From positions 1,411 through 65,410 of the forward strand of contig JBFWNO010000003.1 of the NCBI GenBank assembly GCA_050251015.1: a stretch of 64,000 bases of DNA, in the 5' to 3' direction. This document shows positions 28,212-36,090 of this stretch, one piece after another (position 1 is the first letter of the stretch; each line of letters opens with the position of its first letter). A program made the translations under genes and the position numbers. The notes beneath the pieces are model-generated. The model was not told the origin of the DNA. It did no database searches and saw only the letters and a list, made by a program, of their open reading frames with translations. This DNA comes from Planctomycetota bacterium. GTDB lineage: Bacteria; Planctomycetota; JBFWNO01.

Positions 28212-29101
28212 TCTGCTTCCTTCGCCCAGGCCCGGCCATCGAGGTTGAGGTCCTGCCAGAGGAGCTCCACACCCGACACCATCACATTTGTGCCACCGGG
28301 AATGCTGCCCATCGCCAGGATCTCATCGCCTGAGACGAAGCTCGGCACGATCACCTGGGTTTCCGTCTCGGCCCCCTGGGTCGCGGTGCGTTTTGAATCA
28401 TTGACGTAGGCGTAGGAAACTCCCGCGCGCACCTGGCCGTCAAAAGGCGTGCGGCGGCAGAGGAAATTCTTGGCGATGTCGGTCATCTCGGCGTCCAGCG
28501 TGCCGCCTGTGAGGCCCTTGCACTTGATGTGGTCGCCGTGATCCGACTGGACCCGGAATCGGCGGACCAGGGGGGGTGTGGAAGGAAACTCGACGAGACC
28601 CCACTTGAGCCCAGTCCCGGATTCCTTGTAGAGGATCCTGAAGACTCCCCCGAAGGAGGACTCGAGGTTGGGCGACCCGGCCACCACCTTGGCCCAGCTA
28701 TGCGACTCGTCAATGACGTTGATCCTGACGACCGAGATCCCCAGAATGCGCGCCCACCCTAAGGCTCCCATCTTCAAGGGCTCCTGCAAGATCGCCGTGC
28801 GGCCTGTAATGGTGGACGCCACCACATCGAAGGTGGGCCGATCCTTGAAGAGCGGTAGATTGTCCACAGGGGAGAGGACGATGCTCCCGAGGGACAGCAC
28901 CGCAAACTCATCCTGGTCGGCTCCTGTGGAGTTCCGGACCTGCAGATCCATGTGGATATTGAGCCCAGAGTCCTCCCCCGCCCCCTGGCCAAGGCTACGC
29001 TCCCTATGCGCTCTCGCCGCATCAATGAAGGAGTTGTAGGCCTGGGCTGGAATCTTGATGGGATCGCCTGGTGTTACCTTTTTCAAAAAATCCCCGGCCA
29101 T
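28208..29101 (-). CDS. tail tip/baseplate protein, putative
   Basis: 297-aa ORF between the distal tail gene and the fibre gene, overlapping both neighbours by 1-4 nt. The call is by position only. Confidence 0.5.
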   Translation of the reverse strand: MAGDFLKKVTPGDPIKIPAQAYNSFIDAARAHRERSLGQGAGEDSGLNIHMDLQVRNSTGADQDEFAVLSLGSIVLSPVDNLPLFKDRPTFDVVASTITGRTAILQEPLKMGALGWARILGISVVRINVIDESHSWAKVVAGSPNLESSFGGVFRILYKESGTGLKWGLVEFPSTPPLVRRFRVQSDHGDHIKCKGLTGGTLDAEMTDIAKNFLCRRTPFDGQVRAGVSYAYVNDSKRTATQGAETETQVIVPSFVSGDEILAMGSIPGGTNVMVSGVELLWQDLNLDGRAWAKEAE

Positions 29102-29904
29102 CAGATGCCGATGTCCAGCGTCGAAAAATCCCCCAGCTCATAGACCTTCTCGATGTAAACCGCGATTGGCTTCTTGATGATCTGCTTGACCGCAGTATCC
29201 ACATCCTTGCCATACTGCACCCAGAGGTATTCCCAGCCCTTCTTGGCGGGCACGAGGATGTCGCCGACCTGGAAGGAGGTGCGGTTGGGTAGGCCAGCAA
29301 AGCGGAAGGTGATCTCCCAAAGCTCGCTGACACGGCGAGATCCCGAGGCTCCGAGGAAGAGGACCTCGCCCGCCTGGAATCCCTTGAACGGCGCGTCGTT
29401 CACCCTTCCCGTCAGGCGCATGATGATCCCGCGATACGCAAAGGTCACATCCGCATCTTCAAAATATTGTGTCTCGGTGAAGTTGTAAACGGGCACCGTG
29501 ATGTCGACGCCCTGCACCTGCTCGCCGTCAAAACCTATGGCGCCCTTCAATTCCACAGAAGCCGCTGGGCCATGCCTTGAAATCGTAGAAAGACTCTGGG
29601 TGATGTGCTGTTGGCCCCCACCCGTGTCGAAGGTTTCCACCGGGTCCGGGGTCGCCCCGTCGTCATCCACCTCGGGGATCCCGTAATGGGCCGTCACCCG
29701 CCAAGAGGTGGCATCCAGCCTCTCCTCCAGGATGATCTCTTTCCTGAGAAGGCCGCTATATATAAGAGGTATAGCGTTTTGGGCGTCTGTTTTGACCTGG
29801 GCCTCATCTATTGCGCCAGAAACAAGGTATTGGACCTCAGCAGTGGGCCGGGCCGAGACCGTTTCTGTGCGCCTGTCGAAAAGCTCGGTGACGATGGCGG
29901 GCAT
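29101..29904 (-). CDS. distal tail protein, putative
   Basis: 267-aa ORF directly downstream of the tape measure gene (1-nt overlap). Call by position. Confidence 0.5.
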   Translation of the reverse strand: MPAIVTELFDRRTETVSARPTAEVQYLVSGAIDEAQVKTDAQNAIPLIYSGLLRKEIILEERLDATSWRVTAHYGIPEVDDDGATPDPVETFDTGGGQQHITQSLSTISRHGPAASVELKGAIGFDGEQVQGVDITVPVYNFTETQYFEDADVTFAYRGIIMRLTGRVNDAPFKGFQAGEVLFLGASGSRRVSELWEITFRFAGLPNRTSFQVGDILVPAKKGWEYLWVQYGKDVDTAVKQIIKKPIAVYIEKVYELGDFSTLDIGI

Positions 29905-32225
29905 CAGCTGAATTCCAGGGGATTGTTTATCACCTCCCGGAGGAGCTTCTGAGTGTTGCGGGCGGTTTCCTCGGTGGCCTTCGCTGTGCGCTCCTCCAAG
30001 CCTGAGGCTCCCAGGGTCTCGGCTGTAGCGGCATTGAAGGTGCCCTGGATATCGAGGGTCTGCGAGCGCGCCCCGGCGACAGCATCACCCACGCCGAGGA
30101 GCTCCTTCTTGAGCGCCTCGATGTCGAGCTCCGGTTTCCTTGCCCCAGTTCTTGTCTCCTGCGCCCCTGTGGCTCGCACGGCCCGCTGGAATTCCCCTCT
30201 CGCCTTCTCGAGCTCGGATTGGGCCGCCAGGAGATCCACCGCAAACTGCTGGCTCTGCCCCGCCTCCTGACCCGCGCGCTCGCGCCCGAGGAAGGCCAGG
30301 GACTCACGGCGACGCCCCTCCAGATCGGCCTGTTCCCGCCCACGCTGGTCCGCCAGGGATTGGGAGCGCGCTACCGTCTCATCCTCGATTCTTTTTTTCT
30401 CGATCTGGGTGTGCTCCTCCAGCGTCCTCTTGGCCGCCTCCACATCAAGGGAAGAGTCCGCCAGGCCCTGGATCTCAAGAAACCCCTTCGCCACGGCGCT
30501 CGTGACGTCGTTCCAGATGCCCTTCACCCTCCCCGCAAATTCCAGCCAGGTTTGCGCCAGGGCCGAGGTGACGCGGGAGAAGACATCCTGGATGTCAAAC
30601 CAGCTGTCAATGAAAAGAGCCTGGGCCGCAAACATGGTGTCATGGAAGATGGTGAGGAAGGCATCCTTGAACGTGAGCCAGAGAGTCTTGAGGCTCTCGA
30701 TCCCCTGGGCAAATTCCAACTTGAGCCCTGCGACTAGCACCCTGATCGCCCCCTTGAGATCCCCCGCCGCGAAGGCCTGGCTGATGGCCGACCAGGTTTG
30801 AAGGGCGGTGTCTTTGAATTCGCCGAATCGCTCCTGCGCAAATCTGAGGGCCTCATCTATGATGCCGGTTGATTTGAGGACGCTCACCCCTAGGACAAGG
30901 GACGCTGTGGCAAGCAATCCGATGGGGCTCAAGAGCGTGGTGACGATCCCCACGACCTTGAAGAGGATCGTGCCCGCCGCCCCCACCATGGTAGAAAGCC
31001 CCCCGAATACGCTCGAAAGCGCCACCCCCGCCGCACCAAGCGCCGTCAGCCCCGCCCCCAAGATGCCGACCAGTGTGGTGATCTTGGCAAAAGTGACGAT
31101 CAGCTCCTGGTTCCCCTGCAGAAACCCCCTGAAACCCTTCAGAGCCACCTGCACAAATCCCAGGATCTTCTTCTGCGTGGGTACCAGAGCCTCCCCGATC
31201 ACCAGGAATGTCTCCTCAAGGGTGCGCCTGACCTTATTGAAACCACCCTGGAGGGTGCCCGACATCGCAGACGCAGCCTTCTCGGTGGCTCCGGCCCGGT
31301 TCGAGATGGCCGCGAGGTTATCACCCAGGGCTTCGAGGTTGCGGATGGCGGGAAGCACCCCCTTGAGGGCCCGCACCGAGGGAAAGACCTTAGCCACATC
31401 CTCAGGGGAAAGCCCCCCGAGCTTCTGGAGGATGCCGACCAGACCCTCAGACTGTAGCCCGGCTGTGGAAAGGGTGATGCCCAATGCTTCTGCTGCCGCA
31501 CTTGCTTCCTCGGAGGGGTCGATGATGTCGGCGAGCACCGCATTCAGGGACATGGAGGCTGTTTCAGCCTTCACCCCGGCCCGGGTCAGTGTGGCCAGCA
31601 CCGCCCCCACCTCCTCGAGGCTCACCCCCGCTGATGATGCCAGCGGCAGTACAGCGCCCAGGCTCGAGGAGAGATCCTCCATGCTGAGCCTCCCACGCCT
31701 GATCGTGGCAAAGAGAAAATCGCTGACATCCCCGGCCCGCTCGGCCCCCAGGCCATAGGCCCCCAGCACCCTGGTCACGCTGTCCACAGTGGTGGCGAGC
31801 TCTGCAGAACCCGCATTGGCGGCCTTGGCACTGACCGCAAGGACCTCGAGAGCCTTCTCCGGGGCGATGCCAGCTGAGAGGATCGCAAAGAGCGCCTGGG
31901 AGAGCTCCACCGAGGATTTCCCGGTCTCCACAGCCAGATCGCCGAGCCCCTTCTTGAAACTCTCCAGGTGCTTCTCGGGTTCATCGAGCACCGTGCCGAG
32001 ACGGACAAACTCCTTCTCAAACGAGGCAAACTCGGCTGTGCCCGCCGCCAGGGGAGCCGAGGCTGCGGCACCCAACGCCGAGAGCTTGAGCCCCAGCCCA
32101 GTGACCACAGATGAGAAATCCTTGATTTTCTTCTGGGCACCCTTGAGACCTGCCTGCAGGGCCTCGGTGCGCGCGGTGATCTCCACAAAGGCCTGGCCCG
32201 CCTTGATTTCACCGGTGGATGCCAT
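29904..32225 (-). CDS. tail tape measure protein
   Basis: 773 aa, A/G/L-rich helical protein. Has a TP901-type core-like segment (GKSSVELSQALFAILSAGI) and hydrophobic glycine-zipper segments (LVGILGAGLTALGAAGVALSSVFGGL). Located between the chaperone genes and the tail-tip genes. Confidence 0.85.
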   Translation of the reverse strand: MASTGEIKAGQAFVEITARTEALQAGLKGAQKKIKDFSSVVTGLGLKLSALGAAASAPLAAGTAEFASFEKEFVRLGTVLDEPEKHLESFKKGLGDLAVETGKSSVELSQALFAILSAGIAPEKALEVLAVSAKAANAGSAELATTVDSVTRVLGAYGLGAERAGDVSDFLFATIRRGRLSMEDLSSSLGAVLPLASSAGVSLEEVGAVLATLTRAGVKAETASMSLNAVLADIIDPSEEASAAAEALGITLSTAGLQSEGLVGILQKLGGLSPEDVAKVFPSVRALKGVLPAIRNLEALGDNLAAISNRAGATEKAASAMSGTLQGGFNKVRRTLEETFLVIGEALVPTQKKILGFVQVALKGFRGFLQGNQELIVTFAKITTLVGILGAGLTALGAAGVALSSVFGGLSTMVGAAGTILFKVVGIVTTLLSPIGLLATASLVLGVSVLKSTGIIDEALRFAQERFGEFKDTALQTWSAISQAFAAGDLKGAIRVLVAGLKLEFAQGIESLKTLWLTFKDAFLTIFHDTMFAAQALFIDSWFDIQDVFSRVTSALAQTWLEFAGRVKGIWNDVTSAVAKGFLEIQGLADSSLDVEAAKRTLEEHTQIEKKRIEDETVARSQSLADQRGREQADLEGRRRESLAFLGRERAGQEAGQSQQFAVDLLAAQSELEKARGEFQRAVRATGAQETRTGARKPELDIEALKKELLGVGDAVAGARSQTLDIQGTFNAATAETLGASGLEERTAKATEETARNTQKLLREVINNPLEFS

Positions 32226-32227
32226 GG

Positions 32228-32446
32228 CTACCTCACCCTCCTTTCCACAAACACATCCCGCAGCACTGTCAGCGGCACCATTTCCTTTTTGCCCTTCTCA
32301 AATGGGTTGAAGTCCCGTGGGCTCCACTTCTTGCCCTTCTTGGGATCCCGATGGAGGTTCGCCAAGAGCGCCATGACGGACGAACCCAGCGCCCACAGGG
32401 CCTTCTGCCTGGCGTGCGACATCCACACCAGCTCCCGCATGGTCAA
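32228..32446 (-). CDS. possible T-part of the tail assembly chaperone (G/GT pair)
   Basis: 72-aa ORF in the -1 frame relative to 32443..32898, lying between it and the tape measure gene. The -1 frame is open for at least 60 nt upstream of its annotated start. Confidence 0.4.
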   Translation of the reverse strand: MTMRELVWMSHARQKALWALGSSVMALLANLHRDPKKGKKWSPRDFNPFEKGKKEMVPLTVLRDVFVERRVR

Positions 32447-32898
32447 CCCGCTGGGATCGACGCCGACAATGCCGGAGAGCTCCCAGATGAGCCCCCAAGG
32501 GTCTGGATGGCCTCTTCCAGCTTCTGGTCCGCCTCCCTCAGGATCACCGCCTCGAGATCCCGGAGGGCCTTCAGCGCGCGCTGCAAGAGCTGTCTCCGGG
32601 ATTGGGGGAAAAAATCGACAAGCTCCTCCAGGAAGGCGGCTGTGGCGGCTTCGATGGCATCACCCGCTAGTGCGGATCCGAAGTCCTCGTCAGAAACCCC
32701 CTGCGCCTGGGCCTGCGGCTGGACCAGCACCCACAGGATGTCCGCCAGCAGTACGGGGTCGCCGACCAGTGTTTGGAGGAGGTCTCCATCGGCAATGGCC
32801 AGAAGATCCTTCCCAGTGAGGGCCCGCACCCTCTTGATCGTGGCGACATTGATGGCAATCTCCCACTTCCTCTGGCGCGAATCGGTGAAGGGCCTCAT
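32443..32898 (-). CDS. tail assembly chaperone (gpG-like), putative
   Basis: 151-aa acidic ORF between the major tail and tape measure genes, the canonical position. Confidence 0.5.
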   Translation of the reverse strand: MRPFTDSRQRKWEIAINVATIKRVRALTGKDLLAIADGDLLQTLVGDPVLLADILWVLVQPQAQAQGVSDEDFGSALAGDAIEAATAAFLEELVDFFPQSRRQLLQRALKALRDLEAVILREADQKLEEAIQTLGGSSGSSPALSASIPAG

Positions 32899-33335
32899 GG
32901 GACCACCACCCAGGCAGGGGCGAGCGTGCTGTAGGTGGGCTTGGCCGTGACGGAAACGCTCATCGATTCCTCCAGGGGTTCACTGCGAGAGAAATTGGTG
33001 ATGGAGAAGTTAGCCTGCAGACCCTGTGACCCTGCCAGCGCGATTCCTCCGTCCATGATCGCGAGCCCGATGGGAGTGCCGTTGAGGAAGGCGTCCTTGA
33101 TCGCCGCAAACCCGGCGTCGGCCGTGTCCCAGATCATTTCAAATTCGACACTCGCGTCCCGCAGGGTGCCGATGGTGGCCCGCCAGCCTTGGTTGGCGCG
33201 TGTGGTGACATCGGCCTCGCCTTTTTCGAGGTTGAGGGTGACATCCTTGGCGTTGGGCATCTCTGTCCACGTGGACCCGCCCACACCCGAGGGGTCAAAG
33301 TAGAGCTTGCCTTCCATACCGAGCTTGATACTCAT
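32895..33335 (-). CDS. major tail protein (TP901-1/phi13-like family)
   Basis: 146 aa. MSIKLGMEGKLYFDPSG...WTEMPNAKDVTLNLEKGEADVTTRANQGWRATIGTLRDASVEFEMIWD is typical of small siphovirus/GTA-type major tail proteins. Position is upstream of the chaperones. Confidence 0.75.
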   Translation of the reverse strand: MSIKLGMEGKLYFDPSGVGGSTWTEMPNAKDVTLNLEKGEADVTTRANQGWRATIGTLRDASVEFEMIWDTADAGFAAIKDAFLNGTPIGLAIMDGGIALAGSQGLQANFSITNFSRSEPLEESMSVSVTAKPTYSTLAPAWVVVP

Positions 33336-33344
33336 GATGCCTCC

Positions 33345-33731
33345 TTACCTGACCGATTTCTTCCAGAATTTTGGGAGCCTGTCTGCGGCCTTCTGCAGGG
33401 CCGGACCCATGAAAGGCCTCTTGGGGTAGCGCTCTGCCCGGAACTTCCCCCCGAACTCATGTGGCTTGCCCGCAGGCCCCGCGATGCGCGCGCTCGGGCC
33501 AATGATCACTCGCCCCTTCTCCTGGGCGTAGAGGATGGCACCGCGAAGCAATCCCCTACGGGTGTGCGGGGGAGTGCCCTCCGCGCTCTTGACTGGGCTC
33601 CTCTTGATACTGCGCCTGGCGATGAGGCGGACCAGTGCGCCCGCGTGCCCCAGCGACTTCACCGTGGCTTCCTCTACCTTTTTGAGTATGGCCTTGCCGT
33701 GGAACACCGCCTTGGCCTTCAGGCTGATCAT
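33345..33731 (-). CDS. HK97 gp10-like tail-completion / neck protein
   Basis: Start at MISLKAK (ATGA overlap with the upstream stop at 33728-33731). VKSLGHAGALVRLIARRSIK...PPHTRRGLLRGAILY resembles the HK97 gp10 family. Confidence 0.6.
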   Translation of the reverse strand: MISLKAKAVFHGKAILKKVEEATVKSLGHAGALVRLIARRSIKRSPVKSAEGTPPHTRRGLLRGAILYAQEKGRVIIGPSARIAGPAGKPHEFGGKFRAERYPKRPFMGPALQKAADRLPKFWKKSVR

Positions 33732-34159
33732 GCGGTCCTCCTGTAGGTGACTGTCAACACACTGGTGAAGACCCGGAGTTCCCCGAGGTGTTCGGCTGAA
33801 TAGATGGGCGTATGCTCGGCCTTGAGCCAAGTCACATCGGGAAGCGCCAGCAGCTTCTGAAACCGCAGGAACGCCAGGATCTCCTCGGCGAGTGCGAGCA
33901 AGGGCTCAATGTCCACATTGTCTTCGCTGGGGATCTTCTGCTGGATCCCGATGTCGATCTCATAATCGAACATCTCCTTGGATCTCGTGATCGCGCGCTG
34001 GTTCACAGCCTTGGGCACCACGCTCACCCGGAGGGTCTCCAGCTCATCCAGGCCAAACTCCACGCGAAATCTCCGCTCAGCGGTGAGAGGCTGAGACAGC
34101 ACACTCGCGTTGAGCGCGAACACCACCTGGTCGGCAATGGCCACAATGGTGTGAGTCAT
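33728..34159 (-). CDS. head-tail connector/adaptor protein, putative
   Basis: 143-aa ORF in the connector block with 4-nt overlaps on both sides. Confidence 0.45.
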   Translation of the reverse strand: MTHTIVAIADQVVFALNASVLSQPLTAERRFRVEFGLDELETLRVSVVPKAVNQRAITRSKEMFDYEIDIGIQQKIPSEDNVDIEPLLALAEEILAFLRFQKLLALPDVTWLKAEHTPIYSAEHLGELRVFTSVLTVTYRRTA

Positions 34160-34362
34160 CGGCTCCTGCCTTCCAGGGTGCCCACCCGGCGGTCGATGTC
34201 CCGGACGTTTTGGTTGAGGGAACGGGACTCGAAAAGAAACTCATCGAGCCTCTTCTCCATGTGTTCGAGCTTGGCGTGGACGATACCCCACTGCACCGTG
34301 ATCCCAGCGAAGGCGCACAGGAACGCGAGGAGGCCTGGTGTGATGATTCCCTTGATGGTCAT
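34156..34362 (-). CDS. small membrane/coiled-coil protein
   Basis: 68 aa. One TM helix (IITPGLLAFLCAFAGITVQWGIV) followed by a charged helix. Embedded in the connector block. Confidence 0.45.
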   Translation of the reverse strand: MTIKGIITPGLLAFLCAFAGITVQWGIVHAKLEHMEKRLDEFLFESRSLNQNVRDIDRRVGTLEGRSR

Positions 34363-34745
34363 GGGGCATTCTCCACCTTGACGAGCTTCGTGTGGATCCG
34401 GAGGGTCTTGCCGTAGAGGTCGCTCTCCCGAAAGTGCGGCTCCCCGCCCGGGGCCAACACCTCGTGCGACATGATGATGGTGCCGCGTTCCTCTATAATC
34501 CGGTCTCCCCTGAGAGGAGTGGTGCCGGGGAACAGGGCTGCAAAATCCTCGGCACGCACCAGGTAATCCCGGCTGACCACACGGCCCTCGGCACCCAGGC
34601 CTTCACCGAGCTTGAAGATCGTCTTGCCGATGGTAGCCTGGATGTCGAGCTCGACGGGCCCGCGCTTGTAGCGGACCAGTTTGGTGGTGTGCTCGTGGCG
34701 CATATCCTCGAGCCAGTTCGATCCGTTTTCGAGGATGTTGTTCAC
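34359..34745 (-). CDS. head-tail joining protein, putative
   Basis: Start chosen at GTG 34745, which overlaps the TGA of the upstream gene (GTGA). The longer ORF N-terminus (to 34862) is G/R-rich and overlaps the upstream CDS. Confidence 0.45.
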   Translation of the reverse strand: MNNILENGSNWLEDMRHEHTTKLVRYKRGPVELDIQATIGKTIFKLGEGLGAEGRVVSRDYLVRAEDFAALFPGTTPLRGDRIIEERGTIIMSHEVLAPGGEPHFRESDLYGKTLRIHTKLVKVENAP

Positions 34746-35755
34746 GAGATCATCCTGACGGGCACCCTGGTGTCGAGCGCCACCCTCGCGGCCAAGGCAT
34801 GACCCAGCTTCACCGCCCCTGGCACCGCTGTCAGGGCCACACGTTGGTTTGTGGCGTCCCAATACAGCAGCTTGCCCATGGGGATCACGTCCGCGCCCTT
34901 GGGGAAGTCAAAGGCTCCGCTCACCGCCAGGGCCCCAAGTCCACCCGCCTTCACTTCGCGGCTGACGACACCCACCAGCTGCTCCAGGACCGCCACGGCA
35001 CCAGCAGGAGTGTCCACAGAAGGACGGAAATCAATGTCATGACCCGCGCCTCCCTTACTCTTGGCCACAATTCCCGCAGGGGCAGGAGGAGCCGGAGGAT
35101 TCAAAATGTCCTGCTCGGTTTGGAACTCATGCGCCACCTGCGCGGCATCAAGCTCCACCCCGATCCATTCCCGGAGGCGATACGCCTCCCCGGCATAGTT
35201 TTCGCCGATGACGAGGTGATTGAAGCCCTGCCCGAGGCCCACAAAACCGAAGGCATTCACCACCACGGTGGTGCCAGGCACCTCCACCCCCTGCCGATAG
35301 GCCTTGTAGCGGTTGTCATCAGAGTTGAAGGTCAGGTAAACACGCCCGGGGTTCCCAAGGTCAAGACCCGCCACCGGAATCTTGAGCGTCGTGCGGTTGG
35401 CGGAAACCCCACCACCGCCATCGTTGAACATGATCGCGTGGTATTCCGTGGCACTGGCCAGCTTGAACTGGAGCCCGCCCTTGGTGATGTCATTGAAGCG
35501 GACGAGCATTTTCGAGCCCGCGTTGTCGAGAGGGGCGAGGTCCTTGAGGTTGATGGCCACGGAATACTTGCGCCGGGAGCCACCGCCATGCGCCTGGCCG
35601 TCGTAGAGGTCGGTCTCCGCCGTCTCCAGGGCGTCGCCGCCCGTGAGCTCGAGATTTTCATTGCCGAAGGGATCCTGGTAGGGCGTGGGTGAGCCCTGGA
35701 CCACATCCCACTGGCTGGACTGCAGGACCTCGACATCGGGTGCGGGGTGGCTCAT
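34742..35755 (-). CDS. capsid decoration-like protein: lectin/LamG-like N-terminal domain fused to a DUF2190-like C-terminal domain
   Basis: The C-terminal about 95 aa (LVGVVSREVKAGGLGALAVSGAFDFPKGADVIPMGKLLYWDATNQRVALT) are paralogous to the whole of 35752..36090. The N-terminal about 220 aa are beta-rich (KYSVAINLKDL...GLQFKLASATEYHAIMFNDGGGG...RVYLTFNSDDNRYKAYRQG). Confidence 0.6.
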   Translation of the reverse strand: MSHPAPDVEVLQSSQWDVVQGSPTPYQDPFGNENLELTGGDALETAETDLYDGQAHGGGSRRKYSVAINLKDLAPLDNAGSKMLVRFNDITKGGLQFKLASATEYHAIMFNDGGGGVSANRTTLKIPVAGLDLGNPGRVYLTFNSDDNRYKAYRQGVEVPGTTVVVNAFGFVGLGQGFNHLVIGENYAGEAYRLREWIGVELDAAQVAHEFQTEQDILNPPAPPAPAGIVAKSKGGAGHDIDFRPSVDTPAGAVAVLEQLVGVVSREVKAGGLGALAVSGAFDFPKGADVIPMGKLLYWDATNQRVALTAVPGAVKLGHALAARVALDTRVPVRMIS

Positions 35756-36090
35756 CGGGCCTCCAGCCTGACCTGGATGCGATCAGCACCCACGGGTCCT
35801 GCCGTGACGGCACGTCCGAAGAGTTTGTTGGAGCCCACGGTTGGGGTGACACGTTGATTGGTGGAGTCCCAGTAGAGGAGTGTGCCCAGCGGGATGTCCA
35901 CAGTGGAGTCCTTGGGCACCTCATACACACCCGTGAGCGCGAGGGCCCCAAGGGTGTTCGCCGGGATGGGCCGCTTGGTCACCCCCACGAGGTCCCCCAC
36001 GACCACCACCGCCCCCGGGGCCACATCCGCCCCGGGCCTGTAATCCACCGTGTCGCCGTCACTGGCTAGCTGAGCCACAAAAGTCGTCAT
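35752..36090 (-). CDS. DUF2190-family head decoration protein
   Basis: 112 aa. DGDTVDYRPGADVAPGAVVVVGDLVGVTKRPIPANTLGALALTGVYEVPKDS...GTLLYWDSTNQRVT. Directly downstream of the capsid gene. Confidence 0.65.
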   Translation of the reverse strand: MTTFVAQLASDGDTVDYRPGADVAPGAVVVVGDLVGVTKRPIPANTLGALALTGVYEVPKDSTVDIPLGTLLYWDSTNQRVTPTVGSNKLFGRAVTAGPVGADRIQVRLEAR

